Positions 1-15,200 of a stretch of 64,000 nucleotides of DNA are shown in pieces. A program made the translations under genes and the position numbers. The first letter of the stretch is position 1. Every line of letters begins with the position of its first letter. Under the pieces are notes generated by a model. That model made no database searches. It was not told the DNA's origin and saw only the letters and a program-made list of their open reading frames with translations. This stretch comes from Chrysomallon squamiferum (lineage: Eukaryota; Animalia; Mollusca). The stretch spans positions 16,058,001 through 16,122,000 of the forward strand of contig CM022676.1 of assembly GCA_012295275.1 (NCBI GenBank), written 5' to 3'.

Positions 1-1074
1 CTGCTAGCCCATCATCATCATCATTTTTGTTATTATTATTATCATAATTATAATAATTTTTATTTTTATTATTGTCATCGTCTTTATTACTGTTATTGTT
101 ATTGATGAATTGCAGTTATTTATCATCTGACAATGTAGACAAATGCAGATAATTTTTACTGTTTGTTTCTGCACTTATGCACAGACTATTAACAATGAGT
201 TTATCAGATCGTCGTACAATACACCCGGTGTACCCTTCTTGTCTCGCCATACACCCTGTTTAATCTGATCTACATAAGAAACAAACACGCACTCGCTATA
301 CTGGTTACACGAGTATCATTTGAGCAGGTTGTGTTAGGAGGTTAAATCTGTTTCAGATTAATGACTCTTTATTTTACGTGGCTTTGCAAATAATTTAGTC
401 TGGTTTATTTTACAACTTTGGCGTGTGATCTACTTGGCGTAAAACTAATTTGGCGTCAGATTTATAGCTGGCAGGTAAAATAATATTTCAAGATATACAT
501 ATATGCAAGAACATTACTTCGAAGCTACTTGGTCACTGATACATATATGATAATAAAAACAAAAATAAACAAAATAATAATTAAAATAAGTGTGTAGAAT
601 CTTCTGGTTGTAGAATAAATGTGTAGATTACACTCCAAATATTTTCTTGCGTTTCAGTTCATCGATTAATTATAAACATATAAATTAGAGAATAAAGAAT
701 AATAATGAATAAAAAAAAATAATAAAATAAAATAAATTTAAAAATTAAATTAATATAACAATAATAATAAAAATAAGCTTGTAGAATGTTGTCGGTGTAG
801 ATCACAAGGCAAAATAACACCCATCTAGCTATCGTGGTAGCAGTACTGAGCTGTTGCTGTCTGATCTAAATAACAAACATTCACGTTTTAGAAAATTCAC
901 TGAGTGAAAACGAGCTATTAAGTCATAAACAGTTCACAGCCAACAGAACATTTTAAAATTATTTTGACGTAAAATATAATTCTTTTGTGTGCGAGTTTTT
1001 TCAATTGCATATATAACTATAGACATGGGTGCCACATAATAAACAACATAATTTAGATTTTTAATGACTGTGAT

Positions 1075-1089
1075 TATATATTATTATTA

Positions 1090-1181
<92 letters not shown>

Positions 1182-1195
1182 ATTATTATTATTAT
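1075..1195 (+). repeat. (ATT)n microsatellite, representative of many such tracts
   Basis: Similar tracts at about 4143, 11240, 11890, 21385, 22105, 31640, 35010, 39700, 48490, 52845, 57603, 61945; they generate the poly-Y/L/I/N ORFs. Confidence 0.97.
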
Positions 1196-2452
1196 TTGAC
1201 TTTCACGGTCAACAAAGGGAATCTTGAGAGCAAAGATTTGCTATTTAATTTTCTGAGATATTTTTCTACCCCGTCTCTGTTTATGATTTAAATTTGCTAT
1301 GAATCTAATTCACAAGATTTGAATATGGGATGATTTTCACTGGTTTGTCGATAAGCGATGTTCTGACCTGCGTATTAATAACTGAAAAAGAGGATGAGGT
1401 AGTAGAAGAAGAAGATAACGTTCAACAATCTAAATGCAGCAAATAATAAAATGCATCTGCTTACCTTTTTTTTCATGTTTTATAATATATTATTGTTGTT
1501 TCTCCCGTTATTTTTGCTATTGAGCATGTGTTATTATTTATCATGAATGTTGATACACGTAAATTAATTCATATTTTCCTATTTATTTCTACAGTTAAAC
1601 GCGGACACCGTATAAAAAGTGAATTTTTCAAATCGTCGTAAATAACACTCGTCTGTACCTCTGTGTATCTTGTGCAGCAGTGACAGACTATTGTTATCTG
1701 ACGTACATGACAAACAAACACACATTTGCTGTACTGGGTATCCAAGTATGATTTCAGTGCCATTCCATGTACAGGGATCTATTTGGAAAACGAAAACAGC
1801 ATTACAAAATTATCTTTACGTATGCTGTATCTATCTACAACATAAAATAATAATTAAAAAAACATATAAACAAAACAAAAAAAAAAAAACCGGAAAAAAC
1901 AACAAGAAACAAACAACAACTGCACAATAATTAACATTAATCTACAATGGTTGTGTATATAGAATCATTCGAAACCGCAAAGTACGAAACGGACTATTTT
2001 CCGCTAGAAATATAATGAAGTATTTAAAGTTGTCGTCAGTCCGTGTTAAGCACTCAGAAACAGTCGTTATATTTTAACATATTTAACATCTGAGTGTCCA
2101 CCCTTTGTTAAGTGTCAACAATCATATCTAAATAGTATCCTTTGTCTGTATGTGCGTTTATGAATTGTGAAACAATCGTATCAAGTTATAGTCCTACAAT
2201 GTGCACAGTTGGTTTAAGTTATATATAAACATTTGTGTAGTTGCCTGTTTATGATTTGTCAAACAGTTACATCTAGAATAATTCTACAGTGTGTACATCT
2301 GGATTCAGTTAGCTTTCCGATTATAAGATTAAGCTTAGTCAGTCAGAATGTTATGTATATAAAGAAAGGAATCAGGATAAACATTAAGTTGTTTGTGTGT
2401 GGCAGAGAAAAAATGATTTCTTCAGTTTTTAAATAAGTAATATGAATCTTAA

Positions 2453-2842
2453 GGCAACTTAACGGCACAGAGATACCGAGATGAAATTTTGCAGACAAAT
2501 GTCGCTCCAATTATGAATAATGGTAACTCTGTATTCAATCACGATAATGCGAGACCACATACTGCCAGACTCACAACAGCGTACCTACACAACAACAACA
2601 TTCAGGTGCTGCCCTGGCCCTCTAAATATCCGGACTTGTACCCTATAGAGCATTTATGGGACGAGTTGGATAGACGACTGAGGCAGCATCAACCACACCA
2701 ACAGTATTGTGGTCAGTTGACATTATTACTACATACAGAGTGGGCCAGCATTCAATAAAGTGTAATTCGTAATGTCATTACTGTCATGGGAAGAATATGT
2801 CAGGCAGTTCTGGACTCCCATGGTGGGCACACAAGGAATTGA
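2453..2842 (+). mobile_element. Tc1-family (DD34E) transposase C-terminal remnant
   Basis: GNLTAQRYRDEIL..FNHDNARPHTA..VLPWPSKYPDLYPIEHLWDEL..GGHTRN; 34 residues between the second D and E; in-frame stop at 2756-2758; 5' truncated. Confidence 0.93.
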
Positions 2843-3918
2843 TATTATACTGCTATAACCTTGAACTTTAACCTTTTAATATAACATCATGAACATTAAT
2901 GAATTGCGAAAGTGTGTGTAAAATGTGAACATTCTGCTGTTTTCTGTTGATCAATTAGATAGATATTCCCAATGTCAGTCAAATCTACTTTTGCGGGTTG
3001 TTTTTTGTTAGAGCATACATCTTAACGTATTTAATATATGTCTGTGTTTACTTTTGTTAACTATTTTCCCCGCGATATATGATAAAACATTTGTATTTGT
3101 CGTCTGTCCCTGTTTAGAATGCACGAACAGTCGCTATATTTTCAGCATGTTCGGTATCTGAGTGATATCTGTGATATCTGAAAATTATTATAGTATGTAC
3201 ACTTGGTTTTAGTTAGCTGGCCTGTTACAAAATACTTTTATTAACTTTTATATGCTGCGATAAATAACAGATACAACTAATATTTATATAATTTTATTAT
3301 TATTTTTTGTGTGTGTTGATGTGTCTCTGTTTGAAAGTTTATAAGTTACCAAACTGTTATATCCAGAAAGATTCTATACTGTGTTCAGCTGGATTCAGTC
3401 AGCTTTCTTGATACAAAATTAAAGAGTTAAATGAACAATTTCATCACTAATTTCTTTTCCGGTTACTAATTCGCTGAAGAAAAGATTTTGAGAAAAAAAA
3501 AATAAAAAAATAAATAAATAAAACTTACGTATTGGAAGAAGAGAACTTAGACATAGATAGGTCTCCAGTTGTGGAAGAAGTAAATAGTTTTGAAAAAAAC
3601 AAAAACAAAAACAACTTCCTGCTGAATTATTATCTCAGTAACTATAATTCAGTGCATCTGTGTATCTTTATATATTTGAACCTTTGAGTACATTAATATT
3701 ATAAATATTGGTAACCGATATTTATAGCAATACTAGAGATAGAGCGACATCTTTATTTTACTCAACTTTACGTATATTACCGAATATCTGTTACATAATT
3801 TTCTTTACAAGGAAAAGTGATATGTTAGTATATACATGTCCGTTTCTTTGGGTTTTTCTTATTAAACAAATCATTATATTCTTACTCACATATCATATAT
3901 AACCTGTTATTGTTTCAG

Positions 3919-4063
3919 TCCCAGTACGGTTAGTGAATGGAAGAGGAATACCAACACAAGGTCGAGTTGAGATTCAAGTAAACGGGACGTGGGGAACAAT
4001 TTGTAAAAATAGTTTTGACACAAAAGACGCTGGTGTTCTCTGTTCAATGATGGGATTTAGTCG
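3919..4063 (+). CDS. Gene 1 SRCR1 half-exon A (W-type)
   Basis: ttcag|..cg|gtaaaa; [47 protein letters not shown], the classic VRL-GRVE-WGTxC SRCR N-half. Confidence 0.93.
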
Positions 4064-4145
4064 GTAAAAGAAAATATATCTTTTGTGTAATATTCCGTTG
4101 TTACGAACAACAAGATGATGAATATGTCTCATTATTCTATTTGTA

Positions 4146-4214
<69 letters not shown>

Positions 4215-7200
4215 GGTGTTATTATTAAAATTGTTTTTAGTTTCGAAGCAAAATTCTACACAGCATCACAGTTTGGACAAGGCAGTGGACCTATTTGGCT
4301 TGATGGACTTGACTGTAAGGGAGATGAAGAAAGTGTAGACTACTGTTCATTCTCTACTTGGGCTGAAAACAACTGTAGTCACAATCAAGACGTGGGAATC
4401 AGCTGTTTAAATCGCTGTAAGTAGATACATAAAAATTGTCGATAAAATTTACTAAACCATCAGTCTGTACCAGACGAAGTAGCCCGATAAAAGTCGAATA
4501 CCACCTATTTCATTGTGTGGTAAAAAGAATGAAAAACATCCGGGTATACTTCACTGTATTTTATTTAACAGTGGCAGTCTAATTATATCTGACCAACAAA
4601 AAAAAAAAAAAAAACATTCACTTCCTATACAGGTTACGCCAGTATCTTTTGAGTACCATTACACAGACATTGATATAGATAGAAGACGAAAAGAGCTTTA
4701 TGAAATTATAACATAAAAGAAGTAGGAAAAAGAGCTGCAACATAATTAAGATTAATCTAATCTAGAATGGATGCGTATATAGAATCATTCAAAACCGCAA
4801 AGTACGAAACTCACTGTTTTCACCTCCAAATATGACCAAAATATTTAAGGTTCGCATCATTCCGTCTTATATATGCCATTATTATTTGTTTAGCATGGAC
4901 GAACAGAATACACATGTTAAAGTATTTAATATATTCTGTGTTTACTTTTGTTAACTATTTTCCCCACGATATATAATAAAACATTTGTATTTGTCGTCAG
5001 TCCCTATTTAGGAAAAACGAACAGTCGCTATATTTTTAGCATATTCGGTTTCTGAGTGTGCACCCTTTTAAATGTGATACCTGGAAATTATGATACAATG
5101 TGCCCACTTGGTTTTAGTTAGCCCGCCGGTTGCAAAATAATTTTATTACCTTTTTTATGTTGCGTTAAACAACAGATACAATTACTTTAAAAAAAAAATA
5201 TATATATATATATATATTTTTGTTCTAATTTATTTTTTGTGTTCATGTGTCTGTGTTTGAAGGTTTATAAATTGGCAAACAGTTTTATCCAGAAACATCC
5301 TACACTGTATACAGCTGGATTCAGTTTGCATTCGTGTTACAAAATTAAAGAGTGAGAGGGTACCTGTTATATATATATACATACATATCTAAGATATGCT
5401 AACATTTATAACATTTTGGGGATACTAAATGTGCTTTTGTGCTGAAATAAACTTCAATATACTGCTGACGCCAGTAAGCGCGTTTCAATAATTTATAGAT
5501 AACAACATTTTATCCGTTATTATATTTGAATTTCTATATACATTTTTGCGGGTCTTAATTCATTTTGATAGTTTTTGATCAAGCTATTGAAGAAGGCTAA
5601 CGTTATGAAAAAACTCTCAAATTAGTGTCGTGAAAAAATTGTAAAATTAAATGTTGACTGGAAGTTCTCTACAGTCTTACTTCAGTCAAAACATGCTACT
5701 GGACTTAGAGACTGAAAGTGAAGAGTCGCTCGCCTAACTTACTTCTATGTACACTGGTCTGTGTTAGAACTGACACTGTATTTTTCCACTTTCTCACTGG
5801 ATATTTCCATTTTGTGACTGAATCCATCAAATAACCGTTCCAAGCATCGTGACACGAACAGTAGCTGTCCTCCATTTGTGATATTGATGGCCTAGCAGAT
5901 ATTATGATACGTCATTTTAGTTTTTCTGTTCACACAGATCCAAAGGATAACACATGAATACGCATTAGCATCTCTCTATAAGTTTTGATAAATGAGTTCA
6001 CAGATACATTATCGTATCTAGTTTATTGACATGTTTATAGTGATATCAATTTAACGAACAGCTTATGAACATTTACTGGATTCTTTCTTGTCTCAGTTTG
6101 TATGTAATCTGATAGTTCTCGAAATTGCATCAGTAGCATAAAATTCTAAACTAATTGAAGATTAGTAACTATCTAGTATCCTGATGAAATAAGGACATGA
6201 AATACGTCACATAATGCAGGCTAACTGTTTAGTGTCGTGCAGTTAGTCATGTCAGTGTCACTCGATTGCATTGTTCATCTTTAAACTAGCAGACTTAGTA
6301 TTTTTAGCAGAAACATAAGCATCAGATTCGAATGACGTATTCCAGTCTTTATGTGTCAGAATATTGGCTTATCGCCTGATGATGTTATAAATAGCTCGTT
6401 CTTTTACATTTGATGTTATTGATAAATGTTTGTCTGATATCTAGCATTCTGGTATTCAGACCATTGTCTAGTGGAACTTTGTTAAGCAGGAATGATACAT
6501 TACAGAAAAAAGTTAAGATGAATGACCAGAGTTCTGCTTTTCATCCACAGTATCACTGACACCAACATTACGTGTTGTTTGGTCTGTTATCACAAAATGT
6601 GTTTCTTCGCATAAGCTTTTGAAAGGGATTGTACTTGCAGCCTTTGACAGTTACAACATTTTCTTTCTTTAAACTTATTATTTTCGAATAGAGCTATTGT
6701 AACAAAACGCCTGTATATCAGAACTTATTATTTATTTTGCAATCTCTTTTATTAATGCTAAAATGAAGTTGAATTATATCATCCTATAGACATAACGATT
6801 GTAACAAATGCACAGTATTTATTAAAAGTTAAAGAAATCCAGATGGTTATTTCTAAAAGAAAAAAAAAAGAAACTAAAGAAACCAAAAAAAGAAGAAACA
6901 TTAGCACTAATATTTTTTCCGGTTACTTTTTCGCTGAAGAAAAAATTGAGAAAAAAATAATAATAATTAAAATAATTGAAGAAGAGAACTTTGACATACA
7001 TAGGTCTCCAATTGTGGAAGAATTAAATATTTTTGACCAAAACAAATCCTTCAGGTTGAATTATTATTTCACTAACTACAAGTCAGTGCATTAGTATATA
7101 TTTATAGATTGGAATCTTTGAGCACATTAGTATTAAAAATATTGGTTGCCGATTTAATACAATACTAGAGATAGCGCGACATCTTTATTTTACTCAACTT

Positions 7201-8960
7201 TACGTTTGTTACCGAATATCTGTTACATAATTTTCTTTCCAAGGAAGAGTGATATGTTAGTATATACATGTGTATTTCTTTTTTTCATTAAACAAATCGT
7301 TATATTCTTAACCACAGATCATATATAACCTGTTATTATTTCAGTACCAGTACGATTAGTGAATGGAAGAGGAATACCAACACAAGGTCGAGTTGAGATT
7401 CAAGTAAACGGGACGTGGGGAACAATCTCTAGAAGTAGTTTTGACACAAAAGATGCTGGTGTTCTCTGTTCAATGATGGGATTTAGTCGGTAAAAGAAAA
7501 CATATCTTTTGTGTAATATTCCGTTTTACAAACGTATTTTTGATTACTGCTGCTGTTGCTGCAGCAACTACTACTACTAATACTACAACTACTACTACTA
7601 CTACTAATAATAAAACTATTATTTTAATCAGCTATTTGATGTATGTCTGAGGTCTGTGTTTTGACACAAGAGATGCTGCTGTTTTCTGCTCACTGATGAC
7701 ATTTTGTGTCCGAAGTCGAGTTTACTGTGTAACTGTTAACGTTTCTCTGTCAACTAACCCGTTGGTTTAAGATAATGACAAGTTTTTAGTGTAATTTTTC
7801 CTCTTTCAAAAATACTGTTATCAGACATTGAACCTGATTGATATCTCCAGATATTAGAGTGATCAAAGCTTATTCTGTATTACTTTATTGTTTTGTGTCT
7901 CTGATTCTTATGTAAACAGTACTCGAAAACACATTTTGAATTAAGAAACAAAATAATTGATGGACAGGTTTCTTTCTACTTAAGAGGTTAGCATTAAAAC
8001 ATTTGGCTTTTTCAAAAGAGGAAGCAGTTTCCGTTATTCTCGCTATCGCTTCAGACGATATCAAATTGAAAAAAGAAGAAAAAAAAATCATGCTTTGTGA
8101 AGTTCTCAAAGACAAGAATATTTATTTCTTTTCTCATTGTTTTTCTTTAAATAAATACCACTCCAATAAAATAACTTAATAAGATAGATTCCACCATTCT
8201 TCATTCTCTAACGAAGACTCGTTTCATTGTAGCGTGATTCTAAAACATAAACTATGGAAATATAATTGTGTTAAAATGATTACTCCAATAGATGATCAGC
8301 AATGTATCATGATTTATCTCATATATATATTTCAGTGACGGAGCAAAGGTCTTTACAAATTATCCACCATATTTTGGAGAAAGTACAGGTCAAATATGGT
8401 TAGATAATCTTCAGTGTGAAGGAAATGAGACATCTGTTGAACAGTGTAGTTTTCGTCCTTGGGGAAAGAATTACTGTGCTCATTTTTTCGATGTTGGGAT
8501 ACGTTGTCAAGGTTCGCTACATAGAAGTGTAATTTTGCTGTATTTGTGTTGCTTTGCGTCAATATTTAGAATTTGAATGAGACAATACATTATGAAAATA
8601 TATTAGAAATGTAGGAAATACATAATAACAAGAATTAAAAACAAATTATACAGCCGATTTTGTGATGTATAATGTTCACACTAAATTATCTTTCATTTTG
8701 GGAACATAATAAATTACTGAGGAAACAATTTACACACAAGTTTGTATTCACTCTGATTCAATGCTGTTTCCCTAATTAATTTAATGTTAAATTACCGAAA
8801 TCTCTGAAATAGAAAAATCAACAAAATTCTTCTTACTCGGTTATCATGGTTCTCAGTTAGGGAGTCTTATTAATTAAATTGTTTCTAAAAAAAATGTTTG
8901 CTTTTGTGTTATTGCTGTTTCTGAGGTCCTAGTTCGTATTAGTTTTCGTACTGTAATGAT

Positions 8961-9027
<67 letters not shown>

Positions 9028-9940
9028 GTAACAAAATATTACAAAATAAAGAAAAAAGTGAAATAAGGAAAATGAAAAAGAACGGCAGAACGACGCGTTC
9101 GTATTTTGTTTTGTGTTTTCATTCGTACTTTAATTGTTAAAGGAATAATGTTGCGGAAAAATAAGTAAATAGAAAATATATAAATACCCCCCCCCAAAAA
9201 AAAAAAAAAAAAAAACACAAGGATCCGTATAAACAATACTTTATCTCAGTTTCCGAACCCATAAATGAAATATATCATCCTTTATTTCAGAGTCTATCAG
9301 ACTAGTCGATGGTGGAGGTATTTCAACACAGGGTCGAGTTGAGATCAAACTTAACGATAAATGGGGAACTGTCTGTGGTGACAAATTTGACGACAAAGAC
9401 GCAGGCTTTATCTGTACACTTTTAGGATTCAGTCAGTAAGAATGTTTTGGTTTCAATTAAACTTAATATTTTACACAATAACAAAATCTCAGAACGTTTA
9501 TATTTGTGTTACCGCAATTAAAGTGAAATCTGAATAACCCCCACAGCTTGAACAATATTTGTACTAACAAGATCAGACAACTCAGTTTGTGTTTTGTAAA
9601 TCCTAGATTCAACGCAAAGACGTATAAGAATGCTCACTTTGGAGAAGGAACAGGACCAGTGTGGGTTGATGATGTTAACTGTGTTAAAGATGAGAATGGA
9701 GTGAATCACTGTTCTTTCTATGACTGGGGTAGAAAAAAGTGTACTCATAAACATGATTTGGGAATAAGCTGCTTTCCTCAGAGTATGTTGTTTGTTTTGT
9801 TGTTTTTGTTTGTTGTTTTTTGTGCTATTTTAAGAACAAAATATTTAGCATTAAATGTGAAATGCATGAACCACTTAGTGTGAAAGGTATAGACTGTACC
9901 TTTTACATTCTTTGATTTATAAAATAACGCTGCATGACAT

Positions 9941-10022
<82 letters not shown>

Positions 10023-11273
10023 ATCGGCGAAATTATTATTATTATTATTATTATTTTTAATTAATTAATTAATTTTTTTTTTTTATATCTATTTACTATT
10101 ATTATTTTTTTATTATTATTATTATTTTTAATTGTCTTTATTTATTTTATTTTTAACATAGTAGAAAAAAAAAGATATGTGGCTTCTGTGTATTTCAGGT
10201 AAAAGTTGACTTTGTAAAAATGTATTGCTAATTATATAGCTCGATGTTGAAGTGATATCGCTTGGTAATATTATTTACGTAGATCTATGAAGCAAAAATT
10301 AATTTGGAACCGGACCGTTAAAGAAAACAAATGAAATTTTGAAAATGGTTTGTATTTGATCGTTTCTTCAACTGACTTCAGTTTCTATTAGATTGGCCAA
10401 TGGAGGAGGCATTGCAACACGAGGCAGACTTGAAATAGAAAACAACGGGACATGGGGAACTGTGTGTGATAATGAATTTCAAGACAGAGATGCTGCTGTC
10501 ATCTGTAACATGCTGGGCTTTAGTCGGTAAACAAATATTTTCCTAAAAACGATTTATTTATATCTATCAACGTTTATATCTTCAAGATAGAGTTTATGTT
10601 GTTACAGCTTTCGATGGAGCGACATGTATACAGTTATATTAAATTCCGAGTTCTTAATTCAATATTTTGCCTATTCTGAATTATAACTTATTAGTGTATA
10701 TATGTCTATATATATGTATATATGTTATAGTAACTAGAAATGGAGGAACACTACCCTCCATTTCTACGTAGTAAAATATTTAACAGCAATATTTCAGAAT
10801 ATTAAATATCTAGTAGTTTTAATCCACTTTTGTTTTTTAACCATTTTCCTTACTTAAATGTTTATTACACTGTCACGTAAAATTCGATTTAAATGAGATA
10901 ATATTATTGTGTTTTTTTTTTGTTTCTACACCATTAAATTATTATTGATTATTGTACAATAATACAAACAATAATTTAGTAAAATGTTTAACCCTAAAAT
11001 TAGTGTACGCTGTATTAATGAATTAGTGATGAAAAAATACACATTCAAGAAGAATTGAATAGTGAAATATAAATATCAATAAATAATTTGTGAAACGAAT
11101 AGTAAAAAAATTACAGAAAATGATCTGACTATAAATTATTGCTTTCGATTCTTTGTCACATTCTTGTATTTTTGAAATTTATTTTATACAGGATAGTCCA
11201 TCAGCAACATGAGGAGTAAGTCTCATTATTCTATATTGTATTATTATTATTATTATTATCATTATTATTATTA

Positions 11274-11344
<71 letters not shown>

Positions 11345-11881
11345 TATTATTAGTCTTGTTATTAAAATTGTTTTCAGTTTAGAAGCAAAATTCTATCCAT
11401 CATCTCAGTTTGGACAAGGTAGTGGACCTATTTGGCTTGATGGACTTGACTGTAAGGCAGATGAAGAAAGTGTAGACTATTGTTCATTCTCTACTTGGGG
11501 TGACAACAACTGTAGTCATAATCAAGATGTGGGAATCAGCTGTTTATATCGCTGTAAGTCGAGACATAAAAGTTAGTAAAATTAATGATAAAAAGACGTT
11601 TAAGGAACAGACTAATAGTGATCAATCTAGGAGATTTAAGAAAAAAAAAAAAAAATAAAAATGAAAATCTGAAGGTTTATGTTAATCAGACTGTTGTGTC
11701 TGTTATTTTAATTGATGTGTTTTCCATGTGTGATGAGTTTCTCTTTCATATCAGAATAAGACAATATGAACGGTTTCATTGTTGTGTAAATTTTCTTTTA
11801 CTAATATATGTGCATATAAATGTTAATAGTGTAGGTCGATTTGAAAGTGCTCCTTAGGAATTCTTAAAACAGGGATAAACA

Positions 11882-11934
<53 letters not shown>

Positions 11935-11940
11935 TTATTA

Positions 11941-11991
<51 letters not shown>

Positions 11992-12249
11992 TTTTTTTTT
12001 ATTATTATTTTTTTATTCCAGTATAGCAGTTTTCTTTGTTTAATATTAATATTTGCTACCAAAAGATGTCCGTTTACTATTGTTATGTGTCGATAATATT
12101 TACTAAAGGATCAGTCTGTACCAGACAAAGTACGCCGCCAACCACGAGTACCACTAACTTCATGGTCTGGTAACAAGCATAAGTAACACCCGGATATTCG
12201 GATCTGTATTTTATTTAACAGTGACAGTCTAATTATATATGACCTACAC

Positions 12250-12281
<32 letters not shown>

Positions 12282-15200
12282 TTCCTATACAGGTTACGCC
12301 AGAATCGTTTGAGTGCCATTACACGCACATAGATATAAATAGAAAACGAAAAGAGCTTTATAAAACTATAACATAGAATAAGAAGAAAAAGCTGCAACAC
12401 AATTAACATTAATCTACAATGGTTATATATATAGAATCATTCGGAACCGCAAAGTACGAAACACACTATTTTCTCCTCCAAATATGACAAAATATTCAAG
12501 GTTCACATCAGTTCGTGATTCACAAGTATACGCCTTTATTATTTGCTTAGGATGGATGAAAAGAACATACATCTTAACGTATTTAATATATGTCTGTGTT
12601 TACTTTTGTTAACTATTTTCCCCGCGATATGTAATAAAACATTTTTATTTGTCGAAGTCCCACTTTAGGATGCACGAACAGTCGCTATATTTTTAGCATG
12701 TTCGGTATCTGAGTGTGCATCCTTTTAACTGTTAAATAGTCATATCTGAAAATTATTATAAAATGTGCACACTTGGTTTTAGTTAGCTGGCCTGTTACAA
12801 AATACTTTTATTAACTTTTATATTCTGCGAGAAACAACGGATGCATTTTTTATTATTATTTTTTTTTTTTGTGTGTCTGTTGATGTGTCTCTGTTTGAAG
12901 GTTTATAAATTGGGAAACAGTTATATCCAGAAACATTCTACACTGTGTTCAGCTGGATTCAATTAGCATTCGTGTTACAAAATTAAAGAGTGAGAGTGGA
13001 CCTGTTATATATATGTATATATATTTAACATATCACAACATTTATAATATTTTGGGGATACTGAATCTGCTTTTGTGATGACATAAAATTCAATATACTG
13101 CTGATGTCAGAACATTCTCATATTAAATGTTGACTGAATGTTCTCTACAGTCTTACTTCAGTCAGAACATGCTACTGGACTTGGAGACTGAAAGTGAAGA
13201 GTCGCTCGCCTAACTTACTTCTATGTACACTGGTCTGTGTTAGAACTGACACTGTATTTTTCCACTTTCTCACTGGATATTTCCATTTTGTTACTGAATC
13301 CATCAAATAGCCTTCCCAAGCATCGTGGCAAGGACCGTAGCTGTTTTCCATTTGTGATATTGATGGCCTAGCAGATATTATGATTCCTCATTTTTGTTTT
13401 TCTGTTGACACAGATTCAAAGGATCACTCATGATTATGCATTAGTATCTATGGTCAGTTTCGATAAATGATTTCACAGATACATTATCGTATCTAGTTTA
13501 TTGAACTGTTTATAGTGATATGAATTGATAGAACAGCTTATGAACATCCATTAGCTTCTTTCTTGGCTCAGTTTGTATGTAATCTGATAGTTCTTGAAAT
13601 AGGATCAGTAGCATAAAATACTAAAATATATGAAGATTAGTAACTATCTAGTATCCTGATGAAGTCAGGACATGAAATACGTCACATAATGCAGGCTAAC
13701 AGTTTAATGCCGTGTTCTAATTTTTGTATAAATGAGTAAACACAATGAAGATGAGAAGTGAGCAGTGAGCAGTGGGTCATATCAGTGTCACTCGATTGCA
13801 TTGTTCATCTTTAAACTAGCAGACTTAGTATATTTAGCAGAAACGTAAGCATCAGTTTCGAATGACGTATTCCAGTCTTTATGTGTCAGAATGTTGGTTT
13901 ATCGCCTTGATGATGTTGTGAATAGCTTGTTCTTTTACGTTTGATGTTACTGATACATTTTTGTGTGACAACCAGCATTCTGGTATTCAGACCATTGTCT
14001 AGTGGAACTTTGTTAAGCAGGAATGATACATTACAGAACAAAGTTAAGATGAATGACCAGAGTTCTGCTTTTCATCCACAGTATCGTTGACAACAACATT
14101 ACGTGCTATTTGATCTGTTATCACAAAATCAGTTTCTTCACATAAGCTTTTAAAAGGGATAGCACTGGGAGCCTCTGACACTTATTGAATTTTCTATCTT
14201 TAAACTTATTATTTTCGAATAGAGCTCAAGTAACAAAACGCCTGTATATCACAACTTGTTATTTATTTTGCAGTCTCTTTTATTGATGCTAAAATGTAGT
14301 TGAATTATATCATCTTATAGACATACCGATTGTAACAAATGCAGAGTATTTATTAAAAGTTAAAACAAATCCAGATTGTTATTTCTAAAAGAAAAATAAA
14401 ACGAAAGAAAAAAAAAAAAAAAAAAAGCATGGTCACTAATATTTGTTCCGGTTACTTGTTCGCTGAAGAAAAAAATTTGAGAAAATAAAAAATTAATAAT
14501 TAAAATAAATAAAACGTACGTACTTGAAGACATGAACTTAAACATACATAGGTCTCCAGTTGTGGAAGAATTAAATATGTTTGAAGAAAAAATCGTTCAG
14601 GCTGAATTATTATCTCACTAACTATAAGTCAGTGCATCAGTGTAGTCATAAACAGGATTTGGGAATAAGGTGATTGCCACAGGGTTTGTTACTTTTTGTT
14701 AATTGTGTTGTTGTTGTTGATTTTGTGAGCTATAAAACATATTTTATTATTATAAAGTATACTTAAATTAAAAACAGAACATTTACCATCGTGTATAAAA
14801 TGCAAAATGGAATAACCACTTACTGCGACTGTCATATCGCTTCGTAGTAATAATTACATAGATCTATAAAGAGAAATGAAATTCTGAAAAGTTGTCTCAT
14901 TATCACTATCCCAATTCCGGTTGCCAAATCTGGTGGCTATCAACCCGAATACCCTAGAGCCAAGGCAATACAGTGAGATATCCAAGCATAGTTACTACAG
15001 TTTTGAAGGAAGAGTTTTACGCACGTTCAGGAGATTATAATTTGGATACCTGACGACGGTGCTTATTCCAGGTCACATTTGCCTGTTAGACTACATCGTA
15101 GTCGCTATTGTATTTTTCGGCCTTCGCCAGGGATTACAAAATCAGTTTCTTCAAATAAGGTTTTGATAGGGATTCATTCCACTAGTAGCTTCTGACAGTT

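Noticed and set aside
1064-1291. Poly-Tyr/Leu/Ile/Asn ORFs here and throughout the ORF track
   Set aside because: They are translations of (ATT)n, (TA)n and (CA)n microsatellites.
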